From an uncultured Parcubacteria group bacterium (lineage in GTDB: Bacteria > Patescibacteriota > Minisyncoccia > UBA6257 > 2-01-FULL-56-20): DNA of 59,659 bases. The notes under the pieces were generated by a model. It was not told where the DNA came from and ran no database searches. It saw only the letters and a program-made list of their open reading frames with translations. Of this stretch, positions 1 to 9,026 are shown piece by piece. The DNA lies in NCBI GenBank assembly GCA_903911245.1, contig CAIWCR010000010.1, positions 1 to 59,659 of the forward strand, read 5' to 3'. Numbering within the stretch: the stretch's first letter is position 1; each line of letters starts with the position of its first letter. The position numbers and the translations under genes were made by a program.

Positions 1-159
1 GGTATTCATATCAGAGAGTCTATTCGTGTCTCTGCTTTGTTTGAGGAGTTCTGAGGGATTCAGAGTGATGATGACGGTTACCATGAGGATGGCGAGGATG
101 GCGATGACAATGAGGAGTTCTATGAGGGTGAAACCTCTTTTCTTATTAGAAAGAATCAT
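1..159 (-). CDS. type IV pilin-like protein, N-terminal fragment (the 3' end runs off the window)
   Basis: Minus-strand translation from the ATG at 157-159 gives MILSNKKRGFTLIELLIVIAILAILMVTVIITLNPSELLKQSRDTNRLSDMNT. It shows the prepilin cleavage/methylation motif (KRGFTLIELLIV) followed by a hydrophobic helix. It is too short to appear in the ORF track. Confidence 0.75.
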   Translation of the reverse strand, partial: MILSNKKRGFTLIELLIVIAILAILMVTVIITLNPSELLKQSRDTNRLSDMNT

Positions 160-230
160 GATGAAACTATTATAGCATATTGATGAATGCTTTTTATTGA
201 AAAAAGAGAGAAGAAATAAAAAGGAAAGCG

Positions 231-304
231 TAGCGCCAACCGGATTCGAACCGGTGTTACATGGATGAGAACCATGCGTCCTGACCAGACTAGACGATGG
301 CGCC
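231..304 (-). tRNA. tRNA-Glu (anticodon CUC)
   Basis: The reverse complement GGCGCCATCGTCTAGTCTGGTCAGGACGCATGGTTCTCATCCATGTAACACCGGTTCGAATCCGGTTGGCGCTA folds as a cloverleaf. Acceptor is GGCGCCA/TGGCGCT, anticodon stem CATGG/CCATG, loop TTCTCAT, T-arm ACCGG-TTCGAAT-CCGGT. Confidence 0.85.
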
Positions 305-344
305 ATGAGAGGATTATAAAGAGAAATCTTCCTCGAAGCAACTG

Positions 345-1640
345 TTATTCCTTTATCTCTTCTACTATTTTTTCAAGCGCCATTAAACGAGATCCTTTTA
401 CAAGAATAAGATCTCCCTTTTGTATTAAATTTTGCACCGATTTCCGAGCATCGTCGGCGGTATCAAACGAAAGAATGGGTTTCTTTTTCATTCTTCCCGA
501 CTTCGCCGCATCAGCAATAAATTTTGCCCGAGCACCAACCGTTACCAGAACATCTAAAAATTCAGCCGCACAATCGCCTATATATTCATGTGCTTCGGGA
601 GTATATTTTCCAATTTCCAACATGTCACCTAAAATTGCAACTTTTCTTTTTGCTTGTAGCTCTTGCAATGTATCAAGCGCGGCACGCATAGAAAGCGGAT
701 TTGCATTATAACAATCGTCAATAATATACGAACCTTTAATACCAGGCACAAGCCGCATTCGCGATTTCGCTGGAATATAATCTCCTAAGGCCTCTGAAAT
801 AGTAACGAGATTCATGCCGAAAATAATACCGATAGCGCCCGCTGCTGCTGCGGCATATGCTTGTCCCATCCCCAAAGAACCTTTTATGCGCACTGGAACA
901 AATGCGCGCTGGTGTTCAAGCTTGAATGAAACGCCAACAGGAATATCATTTTCCACCGTATTTTCAAATCGAGTAACTCTTATATCGTTTTCCTTCAAAA
1001 AACCAAACGTCATAACCCGAGCTCGCGTGCGACTTTTCAAACGCATTACCGAATCATCGTCACCATTCAAAATAGAATATCCTGCAACGGAAAGACACTC
1101 AATTAATCTCCCCTTCTCCCGCGCAAATTCCTCCGGTCCGGCAAAAAATTCTGCATGGACCGGGAGATCGCCAATTGCGGTGATGATACTTATTTCGGGA
1201 CGTGCAATTTTTAATAAATTTTTAATATTGCCAGGATGATTTGTTCCATATTCCAAAATCAATACATTCGGATAGTGTTCGTCTTTTTTTATGATACGCC
1301 ACGCCGACCCCATCATTACTTTGAACCAAAGCATTGCCCTCTGAAATCGTATAAAATTATCCAATCCGTCATAACGCATAAGGGCACGCTCTTCCGTGCT
1401 TCGATCACCAAGAATGGAAAGCAAAAAACAAAGCTCATTATCAAGATCGCCCGAAAAATATCCAACTTTATAATTTTTTGCCAGCACCGCCGCAATGGCA
1501 AGTTTCGTTGATGTTTTTCCGACGCTTCCGGTAATGCCAATAATTCTCGGCTCATAACGCCAGATTGTTAAACGAGCAAGATTCCTCATTTTGAAATAAA
1601 ACACTTTTATAAAAAATTCTTTTATGTTTCGGTATTCCAT
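345..1640 (-). CDS. murF: Mur ligase, most likely UDP-MurNAc-tripeptide--D-Ala-D-Ala ligase (MurF), with a short N-terminus
   Basis: P-loop GITGSVGKTSTK, and a C-terminal DDCYNANPLSMRAALDTL block typical of MurF. It lies 4 nt downstream of ftsI in the dcw operon. Confidence 0.7.
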   Translation of the reverse strand: MEYRNIKEFFIKVFYFKMRNLARLTIWRYEPRIIGITGSVGKTSTKLAIAAVLAKNYKVGYFSGDLDNELCFLLSILGDRSTEERALMRYDGLDNFIRFQRAMLWFKVMMGSAWRIIKKDEHYPNVLILEYGTNHPGNIKNLLKIARPEISIITAIGDLPVHAEFFAGPEEFAREKGRLIECLSVAGYSILNGDDDSVMRLKSRTRARVMTFGFLKENDIRVTRFENTVENDIPVGVSFKLEHQRAFVPVRIKGSLGMGQAYAAAAAGAIGIIFGMNLVTISEALGDYIPAKSRMRLVPGIKGSYIIDDCYNANPLSMRAALDTLQELQAKRKVAILGDMLEIGKYTPEAHEYIGDCAAEFLDVLVTVGARAKFIADAAKSGRMKKKPILSFDTADDARKSVQNLIQKGDLILVKGSRLMALEKIVEEIKE

Positions 1641-1644
1641 GTTC

Positions 1645-3282
1645 TTATTTGTTATTCCCTATTCTGTCCGGCGGGATATTGTAATAATTGATAATATACT
1701 GAGAAAGATCTCTGAAGGCGGGGACAACTGAAAGTGCAGCAATCGCACTCTCCGGCAGGGTATCAATTCGTATCATAGCAACAAACTTCGGATTTGATGT
1801 CGGACCAAAGCCAATATACGAATCGATCAATTTATTGGTATAGCCGCCATGAGCGAGATCGGGAATAAAGGCAGATCCAGTCTTTCCCGCGAGGGAATAT
1901 TTATCAATATTCGCAATCCCGGCCCTATCAACTGCCGATATCATCATCGCTGTTACTTGTTCTGCTGTAGAAGTACTTATGACGCGACGTATAACCTGTG
2001 GACTTTGCGCCGCATTTATATATGGACGCATCAACGTGCCACCGTTTGCGATTGCGGCAAATGCATTGATAATCTCAAGTGGCGTAACCGCAACTCCTTG
2101 ACCATACGAAGCAGTTGAAAAAGCAACCTGAGGAGATTTCGAATTCAACGCGCGTAAATTGCCCGCGACTTCGCCAGGAAGATCAACTCCCGTCCTTTCA
2201 CCAAGACCAAATCTCTTCATGTAGCTTGTAAAAATATCATTGCCCGTCTGCTCCTCCACAAACACCGCGCCAGTATTGATAGAGTGTTCAATAATATTCG
2301 TCATCGTTGTGCCAGGACCATATGCTCCGTGCGTCAAAAAATCATAATTTGTAATCCTTGCCTTATTAACAATAATCGTTCCTTTATCGTTGTACGTCGT
2401 CTGTGATGTAATTTTCCCGGAATCAATACCGGCGGCCATAGTAAGTACTTTAAAAACCGATCCAGGTTCATACACCTTTTGAACCGTAGAATTCAAAAAA
2501 CTAGCAACCGAAGACGAGCTGTAATTATTTGGATCAAAGTCAGGAGCGCTTCCCATTGCAAGAATTTTTCCCGTCTGAGGATCTTCTATAATAATACTTC
2601 CTCCAGTAGCATTGTTCTTCGCAATAAGATCGTCGAGTACTTTCTCTGCCTCAATTTGGATATTTGGATCGATAGTAAGATTGATATCAACTCCCTGACT
2701 GATTCCTTTTGTGCCAGAAGCGACTCCTTCGAGAGTATTATTATAAAATTCTTCAACGCCATAATGACCACTTTCACTATTATTATTAGCATTTGGCCCA
2801 ACGAATCCAAGATCCTGCGACGCAAGCGATCCCATAGGATAAAAACGCTCCGTGGCAACATGAGTATATATTCCTTTTATATCTAAATTTTCAATTTGGC
2901 TCGCAACGGCAGAGTCCGCTTTTTTTGAAAGAAGTTCATACGAATCGTTCCGCTTTGAAAAAAGAGTAAGCAATGAACTCACTGGCATATTTAAAATTGG
3001 CGCTAGCGTATTTGCGGTCTCCTGCGGGTCTTGAATGTCCTTTGGTACCGCATAAATAATAGGAAAATCTCTATTGATAGCCGCTGGCAATGTATTCCCG
3101 TTTTCATCCGTAAAATAAATAGCGCCCCGATGAGTATTTAAATCCTCGGACGCCAATGTTTCTGACTCCGCCCGCGCGGTATAATAATCCCCCTTGACCA
3201 ACTCTAGGTTATAAAGACGAAAAAGTAAGAAAGAATAGGCTGAAAAAAGAACTAAGATTAATATTGCGAAGCGAGAAGCCAT
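1645..3282 (-). CDS. ftsI: penicillin-binding protein / peptidoglycan D,D-transpeptidase (FtsI-like)
   Basis: N-terminal TM helix. Transpeptidase motifs SxxK (GSVFKV), SxN (HSINTG) and KTG (GKTGSA). dcw cluster position. Confidence 0.85.
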   Translation of the reverse strand: MASRFAILILVLFSAYSFLLFRLYNLELVKGDYYTARAESETLASEDLNTHRGAIYFTDENGNTLPAAINRDFPIIYAVPKDIQDPQETANTLAPILNMPVSSLLTLFSKRNDSYELLSKKADSAVASQIENLDIKGIYTHVATERFYPMGSLASQDLGFVGPNANNNSESGHYGVEEFYNNTLEGVASGTKGISQGVDINLTIDPNIQIEAEKVLDDLIAKNNATGGSIIIEDPQTGKILAMGSAPDFDPNNYSSSSVASFLNSTVQKVYEPGSVFKVLTMAAGIDSGKITSQTTYNDKGTIIVNKARITNYDFLTHGAYGPGTTMTNIIEHSINTGAVFVEEQTGNDIFTSYMKRFGLGERTGVDLPGEVAGNLRALNSKSPQVAFSTASYGQGVAVTPLEIINAFAAIANGGTLMRPYINAAQSPQVIRRVISTSTAEQVTAMMISAVDRAGIANIDKYSLAGKTGSAFIPDLAHGGYTNKLIDSYIGFGPTSNPKFVAMIRIDTLPESAIAALSVVPAFRDLSQYIINYYNIPPDRIGNNK

Positions 3283-3575
3283 TTTGAGTCAACGATAAAA
3301 TATTGTGGTTTTTTGTCTTCTATTAAATTATTTGTTCCGGCAAGCGTAGCAACTTTATCACTCCCCAAAGCAGCAATGATAGCATTGTTTAAGTTGGTAT
3401 TCTGAACGCTCACGTCATCGATTCCCGCCTTAGCAACAGCAATATTATGATTGAGATTCACAACGTTGTTATAAAGCGCAACAAGAATAAACACACCGCA
3501 TAATGTTACTATGCCCAAGCTGACAAGTATAGTATTTAAAAGCTTATCGTTTTTGTTTGGCTGAATAAATGTCAT
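3258..3575 (-). CDS. small bitopic membrane protein, FtsL-like by position
   Basis: 105 aa with a single TM helix (ILVSLGIVTLCGVFILVALY) and a helical tail. It lies between rsmH and ftsI and overlaps ftsI by 25 nt. There is no sequence motif, so the call is positional. Confidence 0.45.
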   Translation of the reverse strand: MTFIQPNKNDKLLNTILVSLGIVTLCGVFILVALYNNVVNLNHNIAVAKAGIDDVSVQNTNLNNAIIAALGSDKVATLAGTNNLIEDKKPQYFIVDSKWLLASQY

Positions 3576-3591
3576 AAGATTATAAAATTTT

Positions 3592-4482
3592 TTAGAACTT
3601 CGAAATAGTAAGTGCTCTTAGTTTGGCGGATCGACTTCGTGGATTTTCTTTTATTTCTTCATACTGCGCGGTAATCGGTTTTTTCGTAAGAATGACTGCC
3701 TTTTTTTCTTTTCCAAGTTTTTGAAACGATTGTTTTACGAGCCTATCTTCGAGTGAGTGGAAGCTTATAATAGCTACTCGTCCACCCGGCTTTAGTATTT
3801 TTTCCAAATTATCCAAAACCCGTTTCAAATTCCCAAGCTCATCATTTGCATAAATCCGAAACGCCTGAAATGTTCGCGTTGCTGGATCAATTCTCCCTCG
3901 TTCATAGCTCCGCGATAACGCTCCACGTACGATATTTGCAAACTCGCCCGCAAGCATTATTGGCTTTCTCCTTCCATAATCAATAATCGCCTTTGCAATT
4001 CTCCTCGAAAACCGCTCACCTCCAAATTCAAAAATAATGTCTGCAATTTCTTTTTCCGAAAGCGTTCTGAGGATTTCTCGCACTGCCGGTCGCGCGTCAT
4101 CATAAGTCATAAGAAGCGGCTCTTCCGCAGCAGATTCAAGAAAACTAAATCCCCTTCCAGACTTCATAAGCTGCTCAGAAGAAAATCCAAGATCAAGCAA
4201 TAACCCATCTGCTTTTCCCCAATTATGTTCCTCAATGATTTGCGGAAGATCAGCATAATTACCATTGATAAGAAAAATATTCTTCCCTGTACCTATGCGC
4301 GTCTTGCAATCCGCAAGCATTCCACTATCCCAATCCAATCCAAGAAAGGTTCCGTGAGGCATAATCTCGGAAATAATTTTTTCCGCATGCCCGCCACCGT
4401 CAACGGTGCCGTCAATAATAAAATCTCCTTTCTTTAGATTGAGAACTTCGAGAACTTCTTTTAAAAGAACTGGTGTATGCAT
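3592..4482 (-). CDS. rsmH: 16S rRNA (cytosine1402-N4)-methyltransferase RsmH/MraW
   Basis: MHTPVLLKEVLE start, DGTVDGGGH SAM motif, LLDLGFSS, FHSLEDR and NPRSRSAKLR blocks. It follows mraZ. Confidence 0.92.
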   Translation of the reverse strand: MHTPVLLKEVLEVLNLKKGDFIIDGTVDGGGHAEKIISEIMPHGTFLGLDWDSGMLADCKTRIGTGKNIFLINGNYADLPQIIEEHNWGKADGLLLDLGFSSEQLMKSGRGFSFLESAAEEPLLMTYDDARPAVREILRTLSEKEIADIIFEFGGERFSRRIAKAIIDYGRRKPIMLAGEFANIVRGALSRSYERGRIDPATRTFQAFRIYANDELGNLKRVLDNLEKILKPGGRVAIISFHSLEDRLVKQSFQKLGKEKKAVILTKKPITAQYEEIKENPRSRSAKLRALTISKF

Positions 4483-4492
4483 GAGTTGATAT

Positions 4493-4924
4493 CTAAATAC
4501 CTAACTCACCTAATTTTTCTGCAATGGCCTCAGAAGAACTTTCTGTTTTTGCTTTGTATGCACTCCATGTCTCTTCGTCCCAAATTTCGATGCGATTGTA
4601 CAATCCCGCAACGGTAACTCCTTTTTTGAGACCGGCATATTTCCTCAAGTAATCAGGAATAAGTATTCTTCCCTGGTTATCGAGCATGACGTCAGTAGCG
4701 CCGGCAAGCATAAGCCGGGAAAACGCACGCGAATTCGCTTGTGCAAGCGGAAGTGCAATGAGCTTCTTTGCGAGTATATCCCAATCGGCATTCGTAAAAA
4801 CAAAAAGGCAATTATCAATTCCGCGAGTGATAATGGCGCCAGCAAGTAATGCATCGCGGAATTTTGCCGGAACTGCCATTCGACCTTTTGTGTCTAAATT
4901 ATGTCTGTATTCTCCAAGAAGCAT
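4493..4924 (-). CDS. mraZ: transcriptional regulator MraZ
   Basis: Starts MLLGEY.H.LD.KGR...P.KFR and contains a second DxQGR repeat (LDNQGRILIP). First gene of the dcw operon. Confidence 0.92.
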   Translation of the reverse strand: MLLGEYRHNLDTKGRMAVPAKFRDALLAGAIITRGIDNCLFVFTNADWDILAKKLIALPLAQANSRAFSRLMLAGATDVMLDNQGRILIPDYLRKYAGLKKGVTVAGLYNRIEIWDEETWSAYKAKTESSSEAIAEKLGELGI

Positions 4925-5000
4925 GATAATTAATAGTTATAAAGCAATTAGTGTCTTAAATAAGTTCTGCACAGAAAGGGGGGTTTATCCCCAGAATTAT

Positions 5001-5062
5001 CCACAACCCACCACTTTCCTACCACTTTCATCTAATAATATACCACTTTCACTTTATGTCAA
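5001..5062 (-). promoter_or_regulatory. dcw/mraZ promoter (TTGACA-16 nt-TATTAT) overlapped by a direct-repeat MraZ operator (AAAGTG[G] boxes)
   Basis: On the minus strand the -35 TTGACA is at 5062-5057 and the -10 TATTAT at 5040-5035. GAAAGTGG boxes lie at 5050-5043, 5029-5022 and 5018-5011, plus an AAAGTG core at 5055-5050. One box sits in the spacer and two lie downstream of the -10. Confidence 0.55.
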
Positions 5063-5212
5063 AAACACTCTATAGAATCATTTCTATAGCCTACAAGTAT
5101 TGATTTTCCTACGTTTTTTTAAAATTGGAGTTCAAAAAAGAGCTAGATATGCACAGCCTATCAAAAAATGCGAAACAGCATCTTCCCCACTCGCTCCTTT
5201 TGTATACAAACC

Positions 5213-5245
5213 ATCCAAATAAAAATCTCCGCTTATTGCGGAGAT
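5213..5245 (-). terminator. Rho-independent terminator after the ATP-grasp gene
   Basis: The minus strand reads ATCTCCGC-aataa-GCGGAGAT followed by TTTTTATTTGG. It starts 9 nt after the stop at 5254. Confidence 0.65.
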
Positions 5246-5253
5246 CCTCTAGA

Positions 5254-6630
5254 TTACAATATTCCCCACGTATGAAGCTCGTCGCTTTCTTCAGGCCATT
5301 TCGCGCCGATATCCGTACGATAAAACATATTTTGTAAAAAGATATTTTCAATCCTCCGATACGCCTGTTTGCGTGCATCCTCAACCGTAGAATTAGAACC
5401 GGTTACCACAAGCACCCAGCCGGTCTTTCCCGCAAGCTTCCAATCATTATCAACTAATTTTACATCTCCGAGATGAATCCCTTCAATGTTTGGTTTTTTA
5501 AAAAGAATGGATGAGTCCTTATAAACCTGAAGCATCTTTTCGTCATGATACGGGAACGGCGGCGTTGCAATCACGACACCAACTTGAAACCCCTTCTGAG
5601 TTTTAAGCGGATACTGTTCTCCATTTGCAATAGCATATAAAAATTCCCCCATCGGACTCATAATCCCTTCCATCTGAATACTGATGGTCGGATATCCAAA
5701 ACGCGAAGTAAATTCCAATGGATAAATACCTTTCCCGTTTACGATACAGTTGATATCGATATAACCGACATACTTACTATTTCGAAGCTTCTCAAGCATT
5801 TTCCCAAGCGTTGCATTGAAAAAATAATTCGGCTCCGTCCAAAACATAAGCGTTCCCATCTCCCCCGTATAAGGACCAATATCACCTGGAAAAAGTTTTT
5901 TATGTTCAAAGTTAATATTGATCGGCGTGATAAAGTCGTTTCCATTAAAAAATCCACCAACGGCAATCTCAACTCCCGATGCGAATTTTTGAAGTTGAAA
6001 TCGTTTTATCTTGCGCGACCAACTTTTTTTATTGTGCTCCAAAACCTCGAGAAGATCTTTTCCGTCTTCTTCTTTTCCGATGAAAAGAAGGCTTTTCATC
6101 TGTGAATCGAGATCTCCCTCGGATGGTTTAAAAATATATCTTCCCGGTGTCGTCTTTAAAAACTCAATCGCTTCAGTAAAGTTATCAAAATCCCAATGCG
6201 GCAACGTAAGCATGCCGACCGATTTCATTTCCTCTTGTCCAAACTCACGATCTATCTCAAGGCGATCGGTATAAGTACTCCCTCCAACTACCAGCTTTCC
6301 TTTTGCTCGCAAGTTGTCGGCTTCTTTCCCAAAACCATTCGATCCCGAAATAACATCGTCAAAAACAACAACGTCAGCCCATTCAACGGAGGCACGCCAA
6401 TCATCAGATTTATCAATGAAGCCATCGCCAACGTCCTGGTACTCTTCTTTGGCAATATACATTTTTACCTCATTCCCCTCCTGTCTCACCTTCCACGCCA
6501 AATCAGTACCATCGCCCTCAACAGAAATAAAAAGGAATTTTTTGCAAAACTTTTCTTGCGCTGAAGGCAAAGCTTGAACAGGCGGCTCTATCGGCGCCGC
6601 CAATGAATCTGTTTTTATTTCTTTTTCCAT
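5254..6630 (-). CDS. ATP-grasp ligase resembling phosphoribosylamine-glycine ligase (PurD-like)
   Basis: The block FEHKKLFPGDIGPYTGEMGT resembles the PurD QDHKR..GD.GPNTGGMG motif. The layout is ATP-grasp like. No other purine-pathway genes are nearby. Confidence 0.55.
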   Translation of the reverse strand: MEKEIKTDSLAAPIEPPVQALPSAQEKFCKKFLFISVEGDGTDLAWKVRQEGNEVKMYIAKEEYQDVGDGFIDKSDDWRASVEWADVVVFDDVISGSNGFGKEADNLRAKGKLVVGGSTYTDRLEIDREFGQEEMKSVGMLTLPHWDFDNFTEAIEFLKTTPGRYIFKPSEGDLDSQMKSLLFIGKEEDGKDLLEVLEHNKKSWSRKIKRFQLQKFASGVEIAVGGFFNGNDFITPININFEHKKLFPGDIGPYTGEMGTLMFWTEPNYFFNATLGKMLEKLRNSKYVGYIDINCIVNGKGIYPLEFTSRFGYPTISIQMEGIMSPMGEFLYAIANGEQYPLKTQKGFQVGVVIATPPFPYHDEKMLQVYKDSSILFKKPNIEGIHLGDVKLVDNDWKLAGKTGWVLVVTGSNSTVEDARKQAYRRIENIFLQNMFYRTDIGAKWPEESDELHTWGIL

Positions 6631-6710
6631 AATCGCTCTTTTACCTATTTACCTCATTCTAATCATTATAATAAGCATTGCAAGAGCAAAATCACCAAAT
6701 TTTTGTCGCA

Positions 6711-7625
6711 TTATTCGGGACGCTTCACCGAAAAAAGATGAAGCTTATAGGACGATTCGGGCAAGAATTTATTTTTGAATGCGGTAAGTGATTTTTCGCC
6801 TCCGCCCATATCAGCCTCGCGATAACCTTTATTTTTAAGCCACAGCAAATCTTCTAAATACAACATCGTCCCAAGATCATCGACAGAATAATTATGAATG
6901 CCGACCGCAGCATAAAAACGATCGATGTTAGGAATTTTCCATCCAGCATTGAAACCACTTGCCTTGCCGTCAACAACGAACACGCGCGCTTCATCCATTC
7001 CTTCAAAGCTACCATCTATCATCTTGTGGTAAACCCCTGTCATTCCCCTTTCGTTGTTAGGACGCTTCTTTTTCCAATCATCAACAATATCATGCAATCC
7101 TTTCTTGTCCTCATAAGTTCTTGCATCACACAAGACCACCTGGTGCTCGCGGTAAAATTTATGCATCTCCTTTCGTAGTGTTTTATAATGACCTCCCGGA
7201 AGTTCAGTGTCGAATTTCTCGAGATTCATAATCGGGCACGTTAATGTGTAATAGATACGACAAAGATGGGGAGGATACGCAGCCGTACGCAAAAATTCTT
7301 TACGATTTGATTGGTCAAGCTGAAACCATACTTTTTTTACCGGAGTATTCGAAAAAATCCACTCTATGTATTCATTAACAAGCCGAATACGATCCTTCGA
7401 TAAGGCAAGAGGATCAAAAACGACAAAATATTCCTTTGCATGCTCATCATAGGTTCCCAAAAGCGCGCCATAATCCGTGGTGGCAAAAATATTTCGATGA
7501 GGCGGATTGTAATAATCTTGATAATATTGGTAATACCAAAAATTATGCTCGGAAGCATAGCCGTACTTCCGAATCATCTCCTCAATTAATGACTGAGCCG
7601 CAATAGTGTCTTCAAAAAATTGCAT
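6711..7625 (-). CDS. hypothetical protein, possibly DUF2156 / MprF C-terminal-like (GNAT-fold aminoacyl/acyl transferase)
   Basis: The C-terminal block DMGGGEKSLTAFKNKFLPES resembles the ..G....L..FK.KF.P signature of DUF2156. This is recalled from memory and the support is weak. It starts 3 nt after the SET gene stop. Confidence 0.35.
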   Translation of the reverse strand: MQFFEDTIAAQSLIEEMIRKYGYASEHNFWYYQYYQDYYNPPHRNIFATTDYGALLGTYDEHAKEYFVVFDPLALSKDRIRLVNEYIEWIFSNTPVKKVWFQLDQSNRKEFLRTAAYPPHLCRIYYTLTCPIMNLEKFDTELPGGHYKTLRKEMHKFYREHQVVLCDARTYEDKKGLHDIVDDWKKKRPNNERGMTGVYHKMIDGSFEGMDEARVFVVDGKASGFNAGWKIPNIDRFYAAVGIHNYSVDDLGTMLYLEDLLWLKNKGYREADMGGGEKSLTAFKNKFLPESSYKLHLFSVKRPE

Positions 7626-7628
7626 AAA

Positions 7629-8087
7629 TTATTGATTCTGCGGCATTGCGCCTCTTTCCTTCGTATTTTCCGAATACGTTCCATAATCAACAAATAATTC
7701 TTCTCCTTTTTTAATATCACGCGCTGCAACAAAATATTCTCCTTCGGCCTCGGCTATCATATTCGGATTATCCGAAGAATTGATGAAAAAGCCTATATCA
7801 AGCGCATTCATGCCGCCTTCCCAGAGGTTAAGCTTCCCGTCGGCGATAACATACATATCATGCACAAGATCTTTTACCTCGGGACTAATCTTTTCGTTTT
7901 CAAACACCAATTTCTCATCCACTTCAATATAATTATATTTCAAAAAATTTTTGAGCGGATTAATACCCATAGGAATATCGCGGATCGCAAAAATGCCGAC
8001 GCCTGCAACGCTTGACGAGCGCAAGCGGCAATAAACATTTTCTTCAAGGTCTTTTATAAGTTCATCTACATTTTGATTATCATTCAT
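7629..8087 (-). CDS. divergent SET-domain protein (putative protein-lysine methyltransferase)
   Basis: GVGIFAIRDIPMG, a degenerate NHSxxPN block (FFINSSDNPNM) and GEELFVDYG. Confidence 0.6.
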   Translation of the reverse strand: MNDNQNVDELIKDLEENVYCRLRSSSVAGVGIFAIRDIPMGINPLKNFLKYNYIEVDEKLVFENEKISPEVKDLVHDMYVIADGKLNLWEGGMNALDIGFFINSSDNPNMIAEAEGEYFVAARDIKKGEELFVDYGTYSENTKERGAMPQNQ

Positions 8088-8180
8088 TTAAAAAATATAT
8101 CATTTTGAATTCCGAAACGCAATCAACGCGACCTCATGTCTCAATTTTCACAAGAAAGGGGTGCTTTTGCAAAAAAAATT

Positions 8181-8189
8181 TGATATACT
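8181..8189 (+). promoter_or_regulatory. extended -10 promoter (TGaTATACT) 6 nt upstream of the ATG; leaderless geometry
   Basis: TG at 8181-8182, TATACT at 8184-8189, 6-nt spacer, ATG at 8196. Confidence 0.4.
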
Positions 8190-8195
8190 CTTTAC

Positions 8196-8951
8196 ATGTT
8201 TCTCATTCCCGATTTATGGTACACGATTAAAACGACAAGAAAAAAGGGTCGCGGCGTTTTTGCGGCGCATGATATTGAAGCAGGCACTATCATCGGAGAT
8301 TATCTCGGCACTATCATTCGCTGCAACAAAAGCGATGAAAAGAAGAATGGTCTCTATGATATGGCGGGAGGATTGAAATATGATATTCTCGCAGATCCTC
8401 AAAAAAAAGGCATTCAGCTTATCAACCATTCCTGCGCAAATAATTGCGGCATATATCCTCATCAAGGACACATGCTCTATTTTGCGCTTCGCAAAATATT
8501 CAAAAACGAGGAAGTAACCGTTGATTATGGCCTTTTCGCACCCGACGATACCACCATCACCTGCAATCTCCGCGTCTGCCATTGTGGAAGTGAAATATGT
8601 ACCGGGACCATGCATAGTGCCACCAGGAATTTTGACTCATGGGAAAGGCTGGTAAAAAAAGAATTCGGCCGCTGGTATAAAAAGGTTCCAGGGAAATACG
8701 GGAGCGAACTTATGCCACTTCAGGAATATCCATCTTCTATTCAACAGGATAGAGTAAAAATATATGAGTACGATCTTTTCGGCTCAGAAATAAAAATAGC
8801 TGAGAAGTATAACGATCGGACGCTTCCAACAATGTTTGAGTTGCGCCGGAGAATCAGAAAAACCGGAAGACAGCTTTCCCTGCCAAGAATCCAAATGATT
8901 ATCTATGGAATTCGAGGAGAGATGCTTTTAGTGAAAAGAATAAATTCATAA
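8196..8951 (+). CDS. SET-domain methyltransferase with a post-SET Cys cluster
   Basis: GRGVFAAHDIEAGTIIGDYLG, canonical LINHSCANNC, EEVTVDYG and post-SET CNLRVCHCGSEIC. An uncharacterised C-terminal extension of about 100 aa follows. Confidence 0.8.
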   Translation: MFLIPDLWYTIKTTRKKGRGVFAAHDIEAGTIIGDYLGTIIRCNKSDEKKNGLYDMAGGLKYDILADPQKKGIQLINHSCANNCGIYPHQGHMLYFALRKIFKNEEVTVDYGLFAPDDTTITCNLRVCHCGSEICTGTMHSATRNFDSWERLVKKEFGRWYKKVPGKYGSELMPLQEYPSSIQQDRVKIYEYDLFGSEIKIAEKYNDRTLPTMFELRRRIRKTGRQLSLPRIQMIIYGIRGEMLLVKRINS

Positions 8952-8980
8952 AAATTTTTATAGTTTATTCGTCTTAGGAT

Positions 8981-9014
8981 AAATAAAAAGCCGCCTTCAT
9001 TTAAGAAAGCGGCT
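8981..9014 (-). terminator. terminator hairpin between the convergent SET and GNAT genes
   Basis: Stem AGCCGC (8989-8994) / GCGGCT (9009-9014). An A-run at 8981-8988 gives a U-run on the minus strand. Confidence 0.45.
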
Positions 9015-9026
9015 GGCTAAAATCTT

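Noticed and set aside
265-1239. Long plus-strand ORFs (265-711 and 814-1239) opposite murF, together with many similar antisense or out-of-frame ORFs throughout the track. Examples are 2479-2886, 10281-10691, 33376-34013, 34831-35256 and 57895-58266.
   Set aside because: They lie entirely inside well-supported genes on the other strand and have low-complexity or odd composition with no recognisable motifs. They are typical shadow ORFs.
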